Below the pieces are notes generated by a model that was not told the DNA's origin, did not search any database, and was given only the letters and a program-made list of their open reading frames with translations. From Candidatus Nomurabacteria bacterium (GTDB lineage: Bacteria; Patescibacteriota; Minisyncoccia; Phycocordibacterales; UBA5272): DNA of 64,000 nucleotides. Made by a program: the position numbers and the translations under genes. The stretch covers positions 120 to 64,119 of the forward strand of contig JARIGQ010000006.1 of the NCBI GenBank assembly GCA_029288775.1, written 5' to 3'. Positions 10,307 to 20,370 of the stretch are shown in pieces. The first letter of the stretch is position 1; every line of letters begins with the position of its first letter.

Positions 10307-12010
10307 TTATGCATCTCCATAGAGATCAACCGCCTTACCTAATTCTTCAAGGGACGTAGTACCTTCCAGCACTTTAATTATACCATCCTCCTTAAGTGAG
10401 GGGATACCTTGGTTTTTGGATGCGTCACGCACCTCTCGTTCGCTTGGATTAAGAGGAAGAACTTTCTCCAATTCAGCATCCATAAAGATCGCCTCAAAGA
10501 TACCGATACGTCCCGAGTAGCCTGTGCCGCCACAGTGTTCGCAGCCAACCGGATGATAGAGCGTGTACGTAGGGGCGGGCTCATGTCCCATCATGGAATC
10601 AATTTTTCCCGAAACTTTCATATCGCCAAGCACGTTGGTAATGACTCTCGATTCCTTTTCATCAGCAATGTATTCCTGTCGACATACCTCACAGAGTGTG
10701 CGTACGAGTCGTTGAGCAAGAGCAACTGAGAGAGAGCTTGCAAGTGTTTTTGGATTCACTCCAAGTTCGATTAAGCGTGGCACGGTACCTGCTGCGTTAT
10801 TGGTGTGAAGGGTTGAGAATACAAGGTGGCCGGTAAGTGCGGCATTTACAGCTACTTTGGCAGTATCGTTGTCACGAATTTCTCCCACCATAATGATATC
10901 TGGGTCTTGTCTTAATGCTGCTCGAAGACCAGAAAGGAAGGTATACCCTTTTTCTTCTTCTACTTGGGTTTGAGTTATGCCTTCCAAGTGGTACTCCACC
11001 GGATCTTCAATAGTGATGATTTTTACTTCCGTGTTATAGACATGATGCAAAAAAGCATAGAGTGTAGTGGTTTTTCCAGACCCAGTAGGGCCGGTAGTAA
11101 GGATGACTCCGTTTGGACGAGAGAGCGCATGGTAGAGTTTTTCGCGAAGTATGGCAGGGAAGGCGATGTTATCAAGATTGGAAACACTGTGACGCGGATC
11201 AAGGAGTCGCATTACGAAGGATTCTCCGTAATTGCCAGGAATGACCGAAACACGCACTTCCACTTCCACATCTTCCAAGTCGATAGAGAAGCGACCGTCT
11301 TGTGCGTCTGCTATCGTAGATAACTTAAGTCCGGCGAGAAGCTTGAGACGACTAGTGATATTTTTGAGTGCATTGAAATCAAAAAAAGCAATGTCTTCCA
11401 AAATGCCGTTTAGTCGATAACGAAGCCGAACCTTGTCTTCTTCTGGTTCGATATGAATATCGGAAGCGTCAAATTGAAGCGCTCCTGCCATGATGAGTTC
11501 AATGATGCGCGTGGTTTTATACAACACTTGCGAGTTCATGAGCTGATCGAATTGAGCTTTGAGTTCTTCTACAGTATGAAAACTTTGCATAAGCTTTTCC
11601 ATCTTTGTTTTAGTAAGCTCAAGCATGCCACTTTCTACTTTGGAAGTTTGATTAAGGTCAGCGTACCGGGAAAGTACATGCTCAAGCGATGCATGGGATA
11701 CAAGGTAGAGAAGTATTTCATACCCACGGGTTTCAAGGGGACGAAGCATTTCTTCCATTTTTTCGCGATTAGGCGCAATGGTTGCTACATGGACTTTCCT
11801 TCCCACGATTTTAAAAGGCACGCAGCCTGCTTCTCTTGCGTCTTCTTCTTTTACCAATTGCATTGCGTCTGGTTCCGGAGCTAAACCGCGCAAATCAATA
11901 TACGGAAGGCCGTATTTGTCGGAAAGTATTTTGACCAAATCCTCTTCCTCTTGTCGGCGAAGATCTTCCAGCTCATGATTTTGTATCGTGTCATCGATAA
12001 GGTGGGGCAT
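10307..12010 (-). CDS. pilB: Type IV pilus / T2SS assembly ATPase (GspE/PilB family)
   Basis: ASDIHIEP, TGPTGSGKTTTLY, LRQDPDIIMVGEIRD, tetracysteine motif. Confidence 0.92.
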   Translation of the reverse strand: MPHLIDDTIQNHELEDLRRQEEEDLVKILSDKYGLPYIDLRGLAPEPDAMQLVKEEDAREAGCVPFKIVGRKVHVATIAPNREKMEEMLRPLETRGYEILLYLVSHASLEHVLSRYADLNQTSKVESGMLELTKTKMEKLMQSFHTVEELKAQFDQLMNSQVLYKTTRIIELIMAGALQFDASDIHIEPEEDKVRLRYRLNGILEDIAFFDFNALKNITSRLKLLAGLKLSTIADAQDGRFSIDLEDVEVEVRVSVIPGNYGESFVMRLLDPRHSVSNLDNIAFPAILREKLYHALSRPNGVILTTGPTGSGKTTTLYAFLHHVYNTEVKIITIEDPVEYHLEGITQTQVEEEKGYTFLSGLRAALRQDPDIIMVGEIRDNDTAKVAVNAALTGHLVFSTLHTNNAAGTVPRLIELGVNPKTLASSLSVALAQRLVRTLCEVCRQEYIADEKESRVITNVLGDMKVSGKIDSMMGHEPAPTYTLYHPVGCEHCGGTGYSGRIGIFEAIFMDAELEKVLPLNPSEREVRDASKNQGIPSLKEDGIIKVLEGTTSLEELGKAVDLYGDA

Positions 12011-12083
12011 TCCTTCCAGTATATAAGGCTTTTTCCTGGGGAGGAGGGGATAGAAAGGCAGTCGAAGACAGGGTTCATAGTAC

Positions 12084-12111
12084 TTGACAAAATCTTATTT
12101 TAATGTATACT
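12084..12111 (+). promoter_or_regulatory. sigma70 promoter
   Basis: TTGACA-16 nt-TATACT. Confidence 0.65.
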
Positions 12112-12199
12112 ATATACAGCCTCAATAGATTGGCCCAACGTCCGTCTAAAGAGATCAGTGTCCTGACCTTTTCCAATTTTTTGCCCAAAGGAGGGCATC

Positions 12200-12880
12200 A
12201 TGAACCTGAAGAAATTCTTTTTCCTGTGCGCTTTCCTGTTTCTTTCCGGCGTCGCCTCCGCTCAGTACGGTACGTACATGTACCAGCCGAACGCTGGCGT
12301 GTGGGTACCTCCCCCGCGAGTGGGAGTTCCTGTCATCCCGGTGCAACAACCGGTGATCGTCGTGAATCCGGCGCCGCAACAACCGGTGATCCCCATGCAG
12401 ATGGTGACTACTGCCAGCCCTGGAGTTTTCTCCTCGGGTGGCAGCTACTACCGCTGCTCCGCCATTCGGCAAGTCGCCGGCGGTCTTCTCGGTGCCCTGG
12501 GGGGCTGGGCTATTGGCAAGAACATCACCCTGAACGGCCACCACCTGAATACAGGAGGAGCCATTGCAGGAACGATGCTTGGCGCCGAGGTTGCCTGCGA
12601 GATGGTCGGGCCCACGCAAGTGGGCACACCGGCTGGCCAAGTTACCTTGAACGCCTCCGCGCAGCAAGTTGCGGTTCCTGCGGGTTCGAGACTGACCTAC
12701 AGTAACGAGTCCACCGGCGCCGATTCTTGCCGGGCGCTTTCCGACGGCACTCTCGTGCTGAAGGATGGTACTTCCACGCAACATGGGCAGGTTATCGCCA
12801 CCGAAAGCCAATACCCCAAACAGCAAGGCGAAGACTGCAACCATTGGCGCCGTCGCGTGGCGCCAATGGTCGTCCGCTAA
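12200..12880 (+). CDS. Secreted protein with glycine-zipper-like segment and conserved Cys-bracketed C-terminal domain
   Basis: Signal peptide; GGLLGALGGWAIG...GAIAGTMLG; SD AAGGAGG; GC-rich. Confidence 0.75.
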   Translation: MNLKKFFFLCAFLFLSGVASAQYGTYMYQPNAGVWVPPPRVGVPVIPVQQPVIVVNPAPQQPVIPMQMVTTASPGVFSSGGSYYRCSAIRQVAGGLLGALGGWAIGKNITLNGHHLNTGGAIAGTMLGAEVACEMVGPTQVGTPAGQVTLNASAQQVAVPAGSRLTYSNESTGADSCRALSDGTLVLKDGTSTQHGQVIATESQYPKQQGEDCNHWRRRVAPMVVR

Positions 12881-12898
12881 TCCTTCAAGGATCCCACG

Positions 12899-12924
12899 AA
12901 ACCCCTCTTTCGAGAGGGGTTTTT
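12899..12924 (+). terminator. Intrinsic terminator
   Basis: AAACCCCTCT-ttcg-AGAGGGGTTTTT. Confidence 0.8.
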
Positions 12925-12940
12925 CTATTGGTTTTATATG

Positions 12941-12968
12941 TTGACAAAAAATAAAAAACATGTATAAT
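12941..12968 (+). promoter_or_regulatory. sigma70 promoter
   Basis: TTGACA-16 nt-TATAAT. Confidence 0.7.
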
Positions 12969-13030
12969 ATATATCGCAAGCACATCACGGTCGTGATGTG
13001 CGATAAGGATGATCTTTTAGTGGAGAACAT

Positions 13031-13612
13031 ATGTTCAAGCGATTCATTGGAGCGCTCGCGTTCGTCATGCTGCTTTCCATCACGGGGTGCGGCTGGTGGA
13101 AGGACAAGCCGGAGATGGTCACTATCTCCAAAACCGAGCACGAGAACCTTAAGGCGCAAGCCTCCAAGGTTCCGGGTCTCGAACAGTCCAACAAGACCCT
13201 GCAAGGCAAGGTCACCGAACTCGAAAAGCGCCCGGCGATCGAGGTGGCGGACACGAAGGATGTGGAGGAGATGGTGAAGAAGTATTGCGGTCCCAAGCCG
13301 CAGGCCTCCGTCCGCCGTGTGGTGCACACTCCGCGTCAGACGCAGATGGTGCCGCCCCCGGGACCTGCTCTGCCAGCACCGAACGGTCAGGCGGACTGGC
13401 TTCGTTCAGGGGAGGTGTGCCGCCTCCTTTCGGACGGCAGTGCATACCTGAAGACGACCCCAGGGGTGATCATTCCGCGAGGACAAGTTATCGCGACCGA
13501 ACCCCAGGATCCGCGCCCTTACGGCTACTTCGTGCAACGGATGGCCAAGCAGAGCACGGAGGATTGCAATCAGTGGCGCAACCGCGCCGCAAGCATCTAC
13601 GTGGTCCGCTGA
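13031..13612 (+). CDS. Predicted lipoprotein with a C-terminal domain paralogous to 12200..12880
   Basis: Lipobox-like ITGC; coiled-coil; CRLLSDG...GQVIATE...EDCNQWR shared with neighbour. Confidence 0.75.
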   Translation: MFKRFIGALAFVMLLSITGCGWWKDKPEMVTISKTEHENLKAQASKVPGLEQSNKTLQGKVTELEKRPAIEVADTKDVEEMVKKYCGPKPQASVRRVVHTPRQTQMVPPPGPALPAPNGQADWLRSGEVCRLLSDGSAYLKTTPGVIIPRGQVIATEPQDPRPYGYFVQRMAKQSTEDCNQWRNRAASIYVVR

Positions 13613-13628
13613 ACCCAGCCTGCTTGCA

Positions 13629-13655
13629 AAAAGCCCCGCGAAATGCGGGGCTTTT
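13629..13655 (+). terminator. Intrinsic terminator
   Basis: AAAAGCCCCGC-gaaat-GCGGGGCTTTT. Confidence 0.8.
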
Positions 13656-13672
13656 CTCTTTATTTTATGTAC

Positions 13673-13701
13673 TTGACAAAATAGTTCACTTGATGTATAA
13701 T
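13673..13701 (+). promoter_or_regulatory. sigma70 promoter
   Basis: TTGACA-17 nt-TATAAT. Confidence 0.7.
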
Positions 13702-13731
13702 CTCCTTACTTATTAGGAGTAGTAAAAAAGT

Positions 13732-15498
13732 ATGACGCAATCACTAATCAGAAATATATTCGCGGTTCTTACCGTAGCAGCCGTAGTATGTACACCGTTT
13801 TCAGCATTTGCTGATGATGGGTATATTGGGGGAGGGGTGTATAACGATGCTTTCGTTGGTTCTCCCTCTTACAATGATGGTTACATCGGATCTAGTGCTT
13901 ATAATGATGGTTACGTCGGATCCCCGTCATATAATGATGGTTACATCGGTTACTCTTCTCCTTCTTGGACTGGGTATTCATCTCCTTCATACGGATACAC
14001 TACGTATTCTTCCTACTCATATCCAACTACTTATGGATACACAAATTATACGTACCCAACTTATACCGCTCCAGTAGTTACTACTCCTATTGTTGCGCCT
14101 ACAACCGTTGTTCCAACTACTACTTCGACTGTATGTTCGGATGGATTCGCACCAGTAAACGGTTCTTGTGTTCGTACTAACACTATTCCAACTACCGTCA
14201 CAACACTCTGTTCTGATGGTCAGGCACCAATTAATGGTTCTTGTGTTCGTACTAACACGCTTCCTACCGCAGTGCAGACTATTTGTTCTGATGGGTCCTA
14301 TCCAATAAACGGTTCATGTGTTCGTACTCAAGTGGTACCAACGACAACGGTGTCATACCAGACCTGTTGGGATGGTTCTACTATTCCGCTTGGATCAGTA
14401 TGTCCTTCACAGTACAAGACCTGTGCAAATGGAACATCTATTCCTGTGTATCAGACCTGTTATTACGGAAACACCTACGTGCCGTATGTTCCACCTGCTA
14501 CTATCAAGTTCAATAATGTCATCACAAGTGTGACGACTGAAATTACCAACACTTCTGCACGTTGTAACGGCATTGGGCTCATTGCAGCAAATGCTTCTTC
14601 GGTAGGCTGGTTTGAATACGGTGAAACCGCAAACCTTGGTCGCGAAACTGCTCATGCAAATATCGGATCATCTGCGACTTCGCCATTCTCAAATAAGCTC
14701 GTCAATCTTAAGCCTTCAACCACCTATTATTGTCGCGCAGTGATGCAGAATCAGTACGGCACAGTGAAAGGGGAAGTGGTTGCCTTTACTACAAAAGCAA
14801 AGGCTGTTGCCTATGTGAAGCCAGTTACGGTGACAACGGTTAAGGTTACTCCTAAGCCTGTGAAGAAGAATGAGGTTCTCTGTGTTGATGGACAAGTTGT
14901 TACTGTTGGATCACAATCCGCCGCACAGCTTATCAATGCTGGACAGAAACTTATTTCTCTTCAAATAGAAAAGGTAAGTGGAAACTTTGCGCCGAATTCA
15001 CAAGTCATCTATCGTCTTACAGTAAAGAATATTTCGGATCAGGATCTCAAAAATGTTACAGTTAAAGTAACTATTCCTCAAGAAATAATGCTTACGAACG
15101 CATCTGCAGGAACGTATGACTCTATGTCACATGTGCTTACAATTGCTAATCTTCCACTTGCTGCGTATGGAACAATAGCAATTACCTGGACAGGAGTGGT
15201 GGTACCGGAGGCAACTGTTGGCAATTCAACAGTAACAACAGCCTATACAAGCTATTCAGTTCCTGGTTCAAGCGCTGTTGATGAAGTGAATGCGTATGTT
15301 GCAAGCTCTGTAGTACCAACTCCAGATAATGCAACAACGACAGGTGCTAAGAAGGTGATTGGGGTTTCCTCAAGCGGAGCGTCATTCCTTCCAAACACTC
15401 TTGTAGAGTGGCTTGCACTTATTGCTATCCTCTTCATTATCTTCATTCTAGGACGAAGCGTGTACACTTCATACCGTTCAGATAAAGACTCGCACTAA
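13732..15498 (+). CDS. Cell-surface protein: signal peptide, Tyr/Gly repeats, CSDG repeats, FN3-like and DUF11-like domains, C-terminal TM anchor
   Basis: YNDGYIGS repeats; CSDGxxPxNGSCVRT x3; LKPSTTYYCRAV; FLPNTLVEWL followed by a TM helix. Confidence 0.8.
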   Translation: MTQSLIRNIFAVLTVAAVVCTPFSAFADDGYIGGGVYNDAFVGSPSYNDGYIGSSAYNDGYVGSPSYNDGYIGYSSPSWTGYSSPSYGYTTYSSYSYPTTYGYTNYTYPTYTAPVVTTPIVAPTTVVPTTTSTVCSDGFAPVNGSCVRTNTIPTTVTTLCSDGQAPINGSCVRTNTLPTAVQTICSDGSYPINGSCVRTQVVPTTTVSYQTCWDGSTIPLGSVCPSQYKTCANGTSIPVYQTCYYGNTYVPYVPPATIKFNNVITSVTTEITNTSARCNGIGLIAANASSVGWFEYGETANLGRETAHANIGSSATSPFSNKLVNLKPSTTYYCRAVMQNQYGTVKGEVVAFTTKAKAVAYVKPVTVTTVKVTPKPVKKNEVLCVDGQVVTVGSQSAAQLINAGQKLISLQIEKVSGNFAPNSQVIYRLTVKNISDQDLKNVTVKVTIPQEIMLTNASAGTYDSMSHVLTIANLPLAAYGTIAITWTGVVVPEATVGNSTVTTAYTSYSVPGSSAVDEVNAYVASSVVPTPDNATTTGAKKVIGVSSSGASFLPNTLVEWLALIAILFIIFILGRSVYTSYRSDKDSH

Positions 15499-15568
15499 AT
15501 GCCTTATGTGAGCCATAGGAAAGAAAAACCGCCCCAAAAAGGGCGGTTTTTCGTGATACACTTCACCC

Positions 15569-16030
15569 ATGAAAGAGGTCTTCATATTGGGAGAGGAAGA
15601 CTTGGGCGAGCTTGCTTCAAAAGTGACAGCTGTCCTCGATCGTGTGTATGAAAAAGGGGAAGATCGGGCCTCGGTCATTTTGCTTGAAGGAGATTTAGGT
15701 GCAGGAAAAACAACCTTTACTAAATCATTGGCTTCGGCCCTCGGTATTCCACAAGAAGAAGTGCATAGTCCAACCTTTATCCTTAAAAAGGAATATCGTG
15801 CAAGTCATCCACGCTTTAAGCGTCTCATTCATGTGGATGCTTATCGATTCAACACCCCTCAAGAGGCAAAAGTTCTTCGTCTTGAAGAAGATATGAAGGA
15901 TAAGCAGGCGGTGATTGTGGTCGAGTGGCCTTCTAAAATGAAACCACTTCCATCTGATATCAGTCTTTTGTTTACAGTAGAAGATGAACGTTCCCGAGAA
16001 ATAACACTATCGTATGAAGAAGACCACTAA
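15569..16030 (+). CDS. tsaE: tRNA threonylcarbamoyladenosine biosynthesis ATPase TsaE
   Basis: LEGDLGAGKTTF, SPTF, HVDAYR, VEW. Confidence 0.95.
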   Translation: MKEVFILGEEDLGELASKVTAVLDRVYEKGEDRASVILLEGDLGAGKTTFTKSLASALGIPQEEVHSPTFILKKEYRASHPRFKRLIHVDAYRFNTPQEAKVLRLEEDMKDKQAVIVVEWPSKMKPLPSDISLLFTVEDERSREITLSYEEDH

Positions 16031-18362
16031 AAAAGATACGAGAACAACTATTGTTCTTCTGGATGCGCATGCGATTCTTCACCGTGGGTTTCATGCGATG
16101 AGCGGATTTGCGACGCGTGACGGAAGACCAACCGGAGCATTGTATGGATTTCTCACAATGGTACTTCGTATTTATGAGGAGATTAAGCCGGATTATATTG
16201 CGGCATGTTTTGATTTGCCTAAACCAACCTTTCGTCATGCAAGTTTTGAAGGATATAAGGCAGGACGCGCAAAAGCAGACGATGCGCTTGTAGAGCAAAT
16301 CAAGGAATCTCGGGAATTGTGTAAAGCGCTTCAGATTCCAGTCTATGAATGTGAAGGATTTGAAGCGGATGATTTGCTCGGTACTATCGCCCAAGTACTT
16401 AAAAAAGAAAAGAATACTCGCATTATTATCGCCTCGGGAGATATGGATACCATGCAGCTCGTGGATGATGATACGGTAACGGTGTACACGATGAAGAAGG
16501 GAACGGAAACGGCGCTTTACACGGAAGAAGCGGTCATTGAACGATTTGGATTCGGGCCGGAACTTATTCCTGATTACAAAGGATTGCGTGGTGATCCTTC
16601 GGATAACATTCCTGGTGTAGAGGGAATTGGTGATAAGACAGCGACTGATCTTATCAAGCGCTATGGCACCATTGAACATTTGTACAAGACGCTTAAGAAG
16701 CATCGCGAGCAGCTCCTTCTGGATGGATTCAAGGAACGCATGGTAAAGATTTTGGAGGACAACGAAGAAGAAGCTCTTTTTTCAAAGACGCTTGCAACCA
16801 TTAGACGCGATGCACCATGCGAATATAAAAAGCCGGAGCGAACATGGCTTGAAAGTATCGATCCGCAGGTATATGAAGCCATGTGTGACAAGTATGAGTT
16901 TCGTTCGCTTCGTGGGCGAATGAGCTCGCTTCAAGGCACACAAGTACCGGAAGAAATGGAAGAAGACGTGTCGTCTGATGAATTGGAAGAGCTTCGCGTC
17001 ATGGTGCATTTGCTTCATAGTGAAATGACTAATGCGCCTTTGTCGGATATTCAGAACGTGACTGGTGCTAAAACGGTAGCAGAAATGAAAGAGCGATTGC
17101 TGACAGAACTTACAAAAGAAAATTTGCTTCATTTATTTGAAACGGTAGAAAAGCCGCTTATGCCACTCATTCGCGACATGGAGCGCAACGGTATTATGTT
17201 GGATTGCAAAGAGATGAAGCTGTTAAGCGAACATCTGCACATTGAAGTAAAGAAGCTCGAAAAGGAAATTTTCAAACTCGCAGGAATGGAATTTACTATA
17301 GGTTCACCTAAGCAGCTGGGGGAGGTGCTGTATGAGAAATTGGGGCTTGGAGGAAAGATCAAACGTACAGCAACCGGAGCGAAGAGTACAAATGCAGGCG
17401 AGTTGGAAAAGATAAAAGACGAGCATCCCATTGTTGAAAAGATCGTGCAGTATCGAGAAATGACCAAACTTCTTTCAACGTATATTGATCTTTTGCCAAC
17501 ATACGTACAAGAAGATGGCCGTATTCACGCCCACTTCATTCAGACCGGTGCAGGGACCGGAAGATTTGCGTGTACCGACCCTAATTTGCAGAATTTGCCA
17601 GTGAAAAGCGAGCTTGGACAAAAGGTGCGCGAAGCGTTTATTGCGGCGAAAGGTAAAGTGCTTCTTTCGTGTGACTATGCGCAAATTGATTTGCGTGCCG
17701 CAGCCATGCTTTCTCAGGACAAGCATTTGATAGAGATTTTTGAAAAGAAAATAGACGTGCACACAGGAACGGCTGCGCGTGTGTTTAATGTGAGTGAAGA
17801 AGAAGTGACGCCCGAGATGAGGCGTAAGGCAAAAGCAATTAATTTTGGTATTTTGTATGGAATGGGTGTAACTTCGCTTAAAGAAGGAATGAAGGTGGAA
17901 AGAAAAGAAGCTCAGGAGTTTTATGATCAATACAAAGCGACATTCACGCGCCTCATGGAGTATCTCGAAGAAGTGAAAGCGTATGCTTGGAAACATGGAT
18001 ACACCGAAACCATTTTAGGGCGTCGTCGTGAAGTACCACTCCTTAAAAGCCCGCTTCCGTTTCTCCGTGCACAAGGCGAACGCATAGCAATCAACGCGCC
18101 CATTCAAGGAACCTCCGCGGATATATTAAAGCTTGCCATGATTGATGCTCATGCCTATTTAGCCAAAGAAAAGCTTTTGGATAAAGTGAAATTGTGTCTT
18201 CAAATTCACGATGAGCTCGTTTTTGAAATTGATAAGGAGATTGCAGAAGATGTGGCAGACGAACTAGTGAGAGTACTTGAACATGTGCTTAAGGTACGCA
18301 AGCTATCTACTTTACCGCTTGTGGTATCGCGTTCTTTAGGAGCTAATTTACAAGCGCTCTAG
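16014..18362 (+). CDS. polA: DNA polymerase I (5'-3' exonuclease plus polymerase; 3'-5' exonuclease domain largely absent)
   Basis: GFEADD, GDPSDNIPGV, DYAQIDLR, KAINFGILYG, QIHDEL. Confidence 0.96.
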   Translation: MKKTTKKDTRTTIVLLDAHAILHRGFHAMSGFATRDGRPTGALYGFLTMVLRIYEEIKPDYIAACFDLPKPTFRHASFEGYKAGRAKADDALVEQIKESRELCKALQIPVYECEGFEADDLLGTIAQVLKKEKNTRIIIASGDMDTMQLVDDDTVTVYTMKKGTETALYTEEAVIERFGFGPELIPDYKGLRGDPSDNIPGVEGIGDKTATDLIKRYGTIEHLYKTLKKHREQLLLDGFKERMVKILEDNEEEALFSKTLATIRRDAPCEYKKPERTWLESIDPQVYEAMCDKYEFRSLRGRMSSLQGTQVPEEMEEDVSSDELEELRVMVHLLHSEMTNAPLSDIQNVTGAKTVAEMKERLLTELTKENLLHLFETVEKPLMPLIRDMERNGIMLDCKEMKLLSEHLHIEVKKLEKEIFKLAGMEFTIGSPKQLGEVLYEKLGLGGKIKRTATGAKSTNAGELEKIKDEHPIVEKIVQYREMTKLLSTYIDLLPTYVQEDGRIHAHFIQTGAGTGRFACTDPNLQNLPVKSELGQKVREAFIAAKGKVLLSCDYAQIDLRAAAMLSQDKHLIEIFEKKIDVHTGTAARVFNVSEEEVTPEMRRKAKAINFGILYGMGVTSLKEGMKVERKEAQEFYDQYKATFTRLMEYLEEVKAYAWKHGYTETILGRRREVPLLKSPLPFLRAQGERIAINAPIQGTSADILKLAMIDAHAYLAKEKLLDKVKLCLQIHDELVFEIDKEIAEDVADELVRVLEHVLKVRKLSTLPLVVSRSLGANLQAL

Positions 18363-18364
18363 CT

Positions 18365-18994
18365 ATGTTGTATTCTCTTGTCGGCACCAATACGAAAGTG
18401 CGTGAAAAGGCACATCAGTACATAGCGCAATGTGGAAGCCCAACTGCTCATATCTATGGTGAACAATTGGATATGTTGCCTGCTTTTATTGATGCGACGA
18501 GTTTATTTGGTGAAAAAATAGTTGTGCATCTTATTCAAACGCTTGAGCGTGCCGAGGGGAGGGAGAGAGTGTATGAACTTCTTCCGTCTATGCAGGAATC
18601 GCAGACACTCTTTTTTATTGATGAACCATTTGCAGATGCTCATCGTGTAAAGAAATTGGAAAAAGTTTCGGAAAAGCTTTTTGATGCACGAGAAGAAAAA
18701 GAAAAGGAAGTGTCACCCTTCACGCTTACTAATGCATTTGCACGTCGAGATAAAAAAGCGGCATGGATTTCATTCATGGAAATTAAGGATGCTGTAGAGC
18801 CTGAGGCGCTTCAAGGCGCTTTATGGTGGAAGTTTCAGACAGTGTGGGCCGACGCACAGTCAGGAAGTGGTTCCAAGTTTACACTTCCCGAATGTGAAAA
18901 ATTAGGAAAAGAAATACTCGAGTCAAGCATCAAAGCTCACCGAGGGGAACTTGATTTGAAAAGTGAATTGGAGAGAATTATTTTGTCGATATAA
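18365..18994 (+). CDS. Probable short DNA polymerase III delta subunit (HolA-like)
   Basis: SLFGEK motif; C-terminal LERIILSI; follows polA. Confidence 0.55.
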   Translation: MLYSLVGTNTKVREKAHQYIAQCGSPTAHIYGEQLDMLPAFIDATSLFGEKIVVHLIQTLERAEGRERVYELLPSMQESQTLFFIDEPFADAHRVKKLEKVSEKLFDAREEKEKEVSPFTLTNAFARRDKKAAWISFMEIKDAVEPEALQGALWWKFQTVWADAQSGSGSKFTLPECEKLGKEILESSIKAHRGELDLKSELERIILSI

Positions 18995-19073
18995 GTAAAA
19001 GCGGCAGGTGTCGGTAGGGGTATATGTAAACCTACGGTAAGGATTGGTTACAGGGTCTAGTGTTGTGTCTCTG

Positions 19074-19146
19074 TGCCCCCAGCAGGGATTGAACCTGCGA
19101 CCGTCGGCTTAAAAGGCCGCTGCTCTACCAACTGAGCTATAGGGGC
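19074..19146 (-). tRNA. tRNA-Lys(TTT)
   Basis: Cloverleaf GCCCCTATAGCTCAGTTGGTAGAGC...CTTTTAA...GGTTCAATCCC. Confidence 0.95.
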
Positions 19147-19198
19147 ATGTTTTTCTTAATGTTGCTCTATCCTAGCAAAATACGCTCGATTTTTCCAG

Positions 19199-19354
19199 CT
19201 ATTTTTTATAACCTTCCGCAGCTTCGATGTGACCGGAGGTAGCATTGTATTGCACATACGGTTTAGTGCGATCATCACGTAGAGGTCCACCGGTGATATA
19301 CCAGATGATCCAAATAATCCAAAAACCGACAAAGAGTTTTAAGAAAACTGACAT
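19199..19354 (-). CDS. Small single-TM protein, 51 aa (not in ORF track)
   Basis: Hand translation MSVFLKLFVGFWIIWIIWYITGGPLRDDRTKPYVQYNATSGHIEAAEGYKK. Confidence 0.6.
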   Translation of the reverse strand: MSVFLKLFVGFWIIWIIWYITGGPLRDDRTKPYVQYNATSGHIEAAEGYKK

Positions 19355-19374
19355 ATAGAAGTAGTGTAGCAAAT

Positions 19375-20295
19375 TTATGCTTGGCAGACTTTGCAGAAGT
19401 GGGCCGATCTACCACCAATGGTTTGTTTTTCAATAAAACCAGTACACCCTCGAGTTTTACATTTTTCTCTGGTGCGCAAATAAACGAGGTGGTTTTCATG
19501 GAATGTTCCACGAGCTCCTTGGATGTTTCGATAATCACTTGTGGAGTCGCCGCCGAAATCAATACCTTTATGAAGTACTTCTTTCATTGCTTTGAAAAGC
19601 AACTTCCATTCCGTTTCACTTAAGCTGCGGGAGGTACGCATAGGAAGGATATGAGCACGGTGAAGCATTTCATCCGAATAGATATTCCCAATACCTGCGA
19701 TGATGGTTTGGTCCATGAGTACCGTTTTGATGGCGCGAGCAGGGGATTTCATTAGGCGTTCTTTGAAGTTCTGTACTGTGAAGTCCGTTTCAAGTGGTTC
19801 AGGACCAAGATGCTTGAAACGCTCAAGATGAAGTGAGTCGGTTTTTTCTACTACCACAGTTCCAAACTTTCTTGAGTCACAAAATACGAGGTGATGTTTA
19901 TCGGAAAGAGTAAACACCACATGAATATGACGATTGTAAGGATCGTTGAGCGGGGACTCTTTTTCGATTGGAATCCAAGACCATTCACGACCATTGTATG
20001 TTGGATTGTGTTTGTACTTGCCATACATAAGATGCCCAGTCATTTTCATGTGAATAATTATCGTGAAACCATTTTCAAGATCAATCAAAATATGTTTTGC
20101 GCGCCGGCGCACGTGAAGAATTGATTGATTGAGTACGTACTTTTTAATATACGGAAAATAACTACGATCTTTGATCGTGTTTTTGGAAAGTTTTGCAGTA
20201 GACCACATGTCCGTCCAGATGTCCGTAATGGAAAGACTAGGCAGGACTTTTTGGAGACCGGTGACAGTGGTGTGTACTTCGGGGAGTTCAGGCAT
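19375..20295 (-). CDS. mutM: Formamidopyrimidine-DNA glycosylase
   Basis: MPELPEV start; HMKMTG; GIGNIYSDE; C-terminal zinc finger. Confidence 0.96.
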   Translation of the reverse strand: MPELPEVHTTVTGLQKVLPSLSITDIWTDMWSTAKLSKNTIKDRSYFPYIKKYVLNQSILHVRRRAKHILIDLENGFTIIIHMKMTGHLMYGKYKHNPTYNGREWSWIPIEKESPLNDPYNRHIHVVFTLSDKHHLVFCDSRKFGTVVVEKTDSLHLERFKHLGPEPLETDFTVQNFKERLMKSPARAIKTVLMDQTIIAGIGNIYSDEMLHRAHILPMRTSRSLSETEWKLLFKAMKEVLHKGIDFGGDSTSDYRNIQGARGTFHENHLVYLRTREKCKTRGCTGFIEKQTIGGRSAHFCKVCQA

Positions 20296-20370
20296 GACAA
20301 GACTATACACAATATGATAGGGTACATACAAGCCCACAAGGATTTTTGTTCTCATACAAGGAGATAAACT

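Noticed and set aside
12155-13327. 390-aa minus-strand ORF and other overlapping ORFs at 12103-13716
   Set aside because: Shadow frames of GC-rich plus-strand genes that have promoters, SDs, signal peptides and terminators
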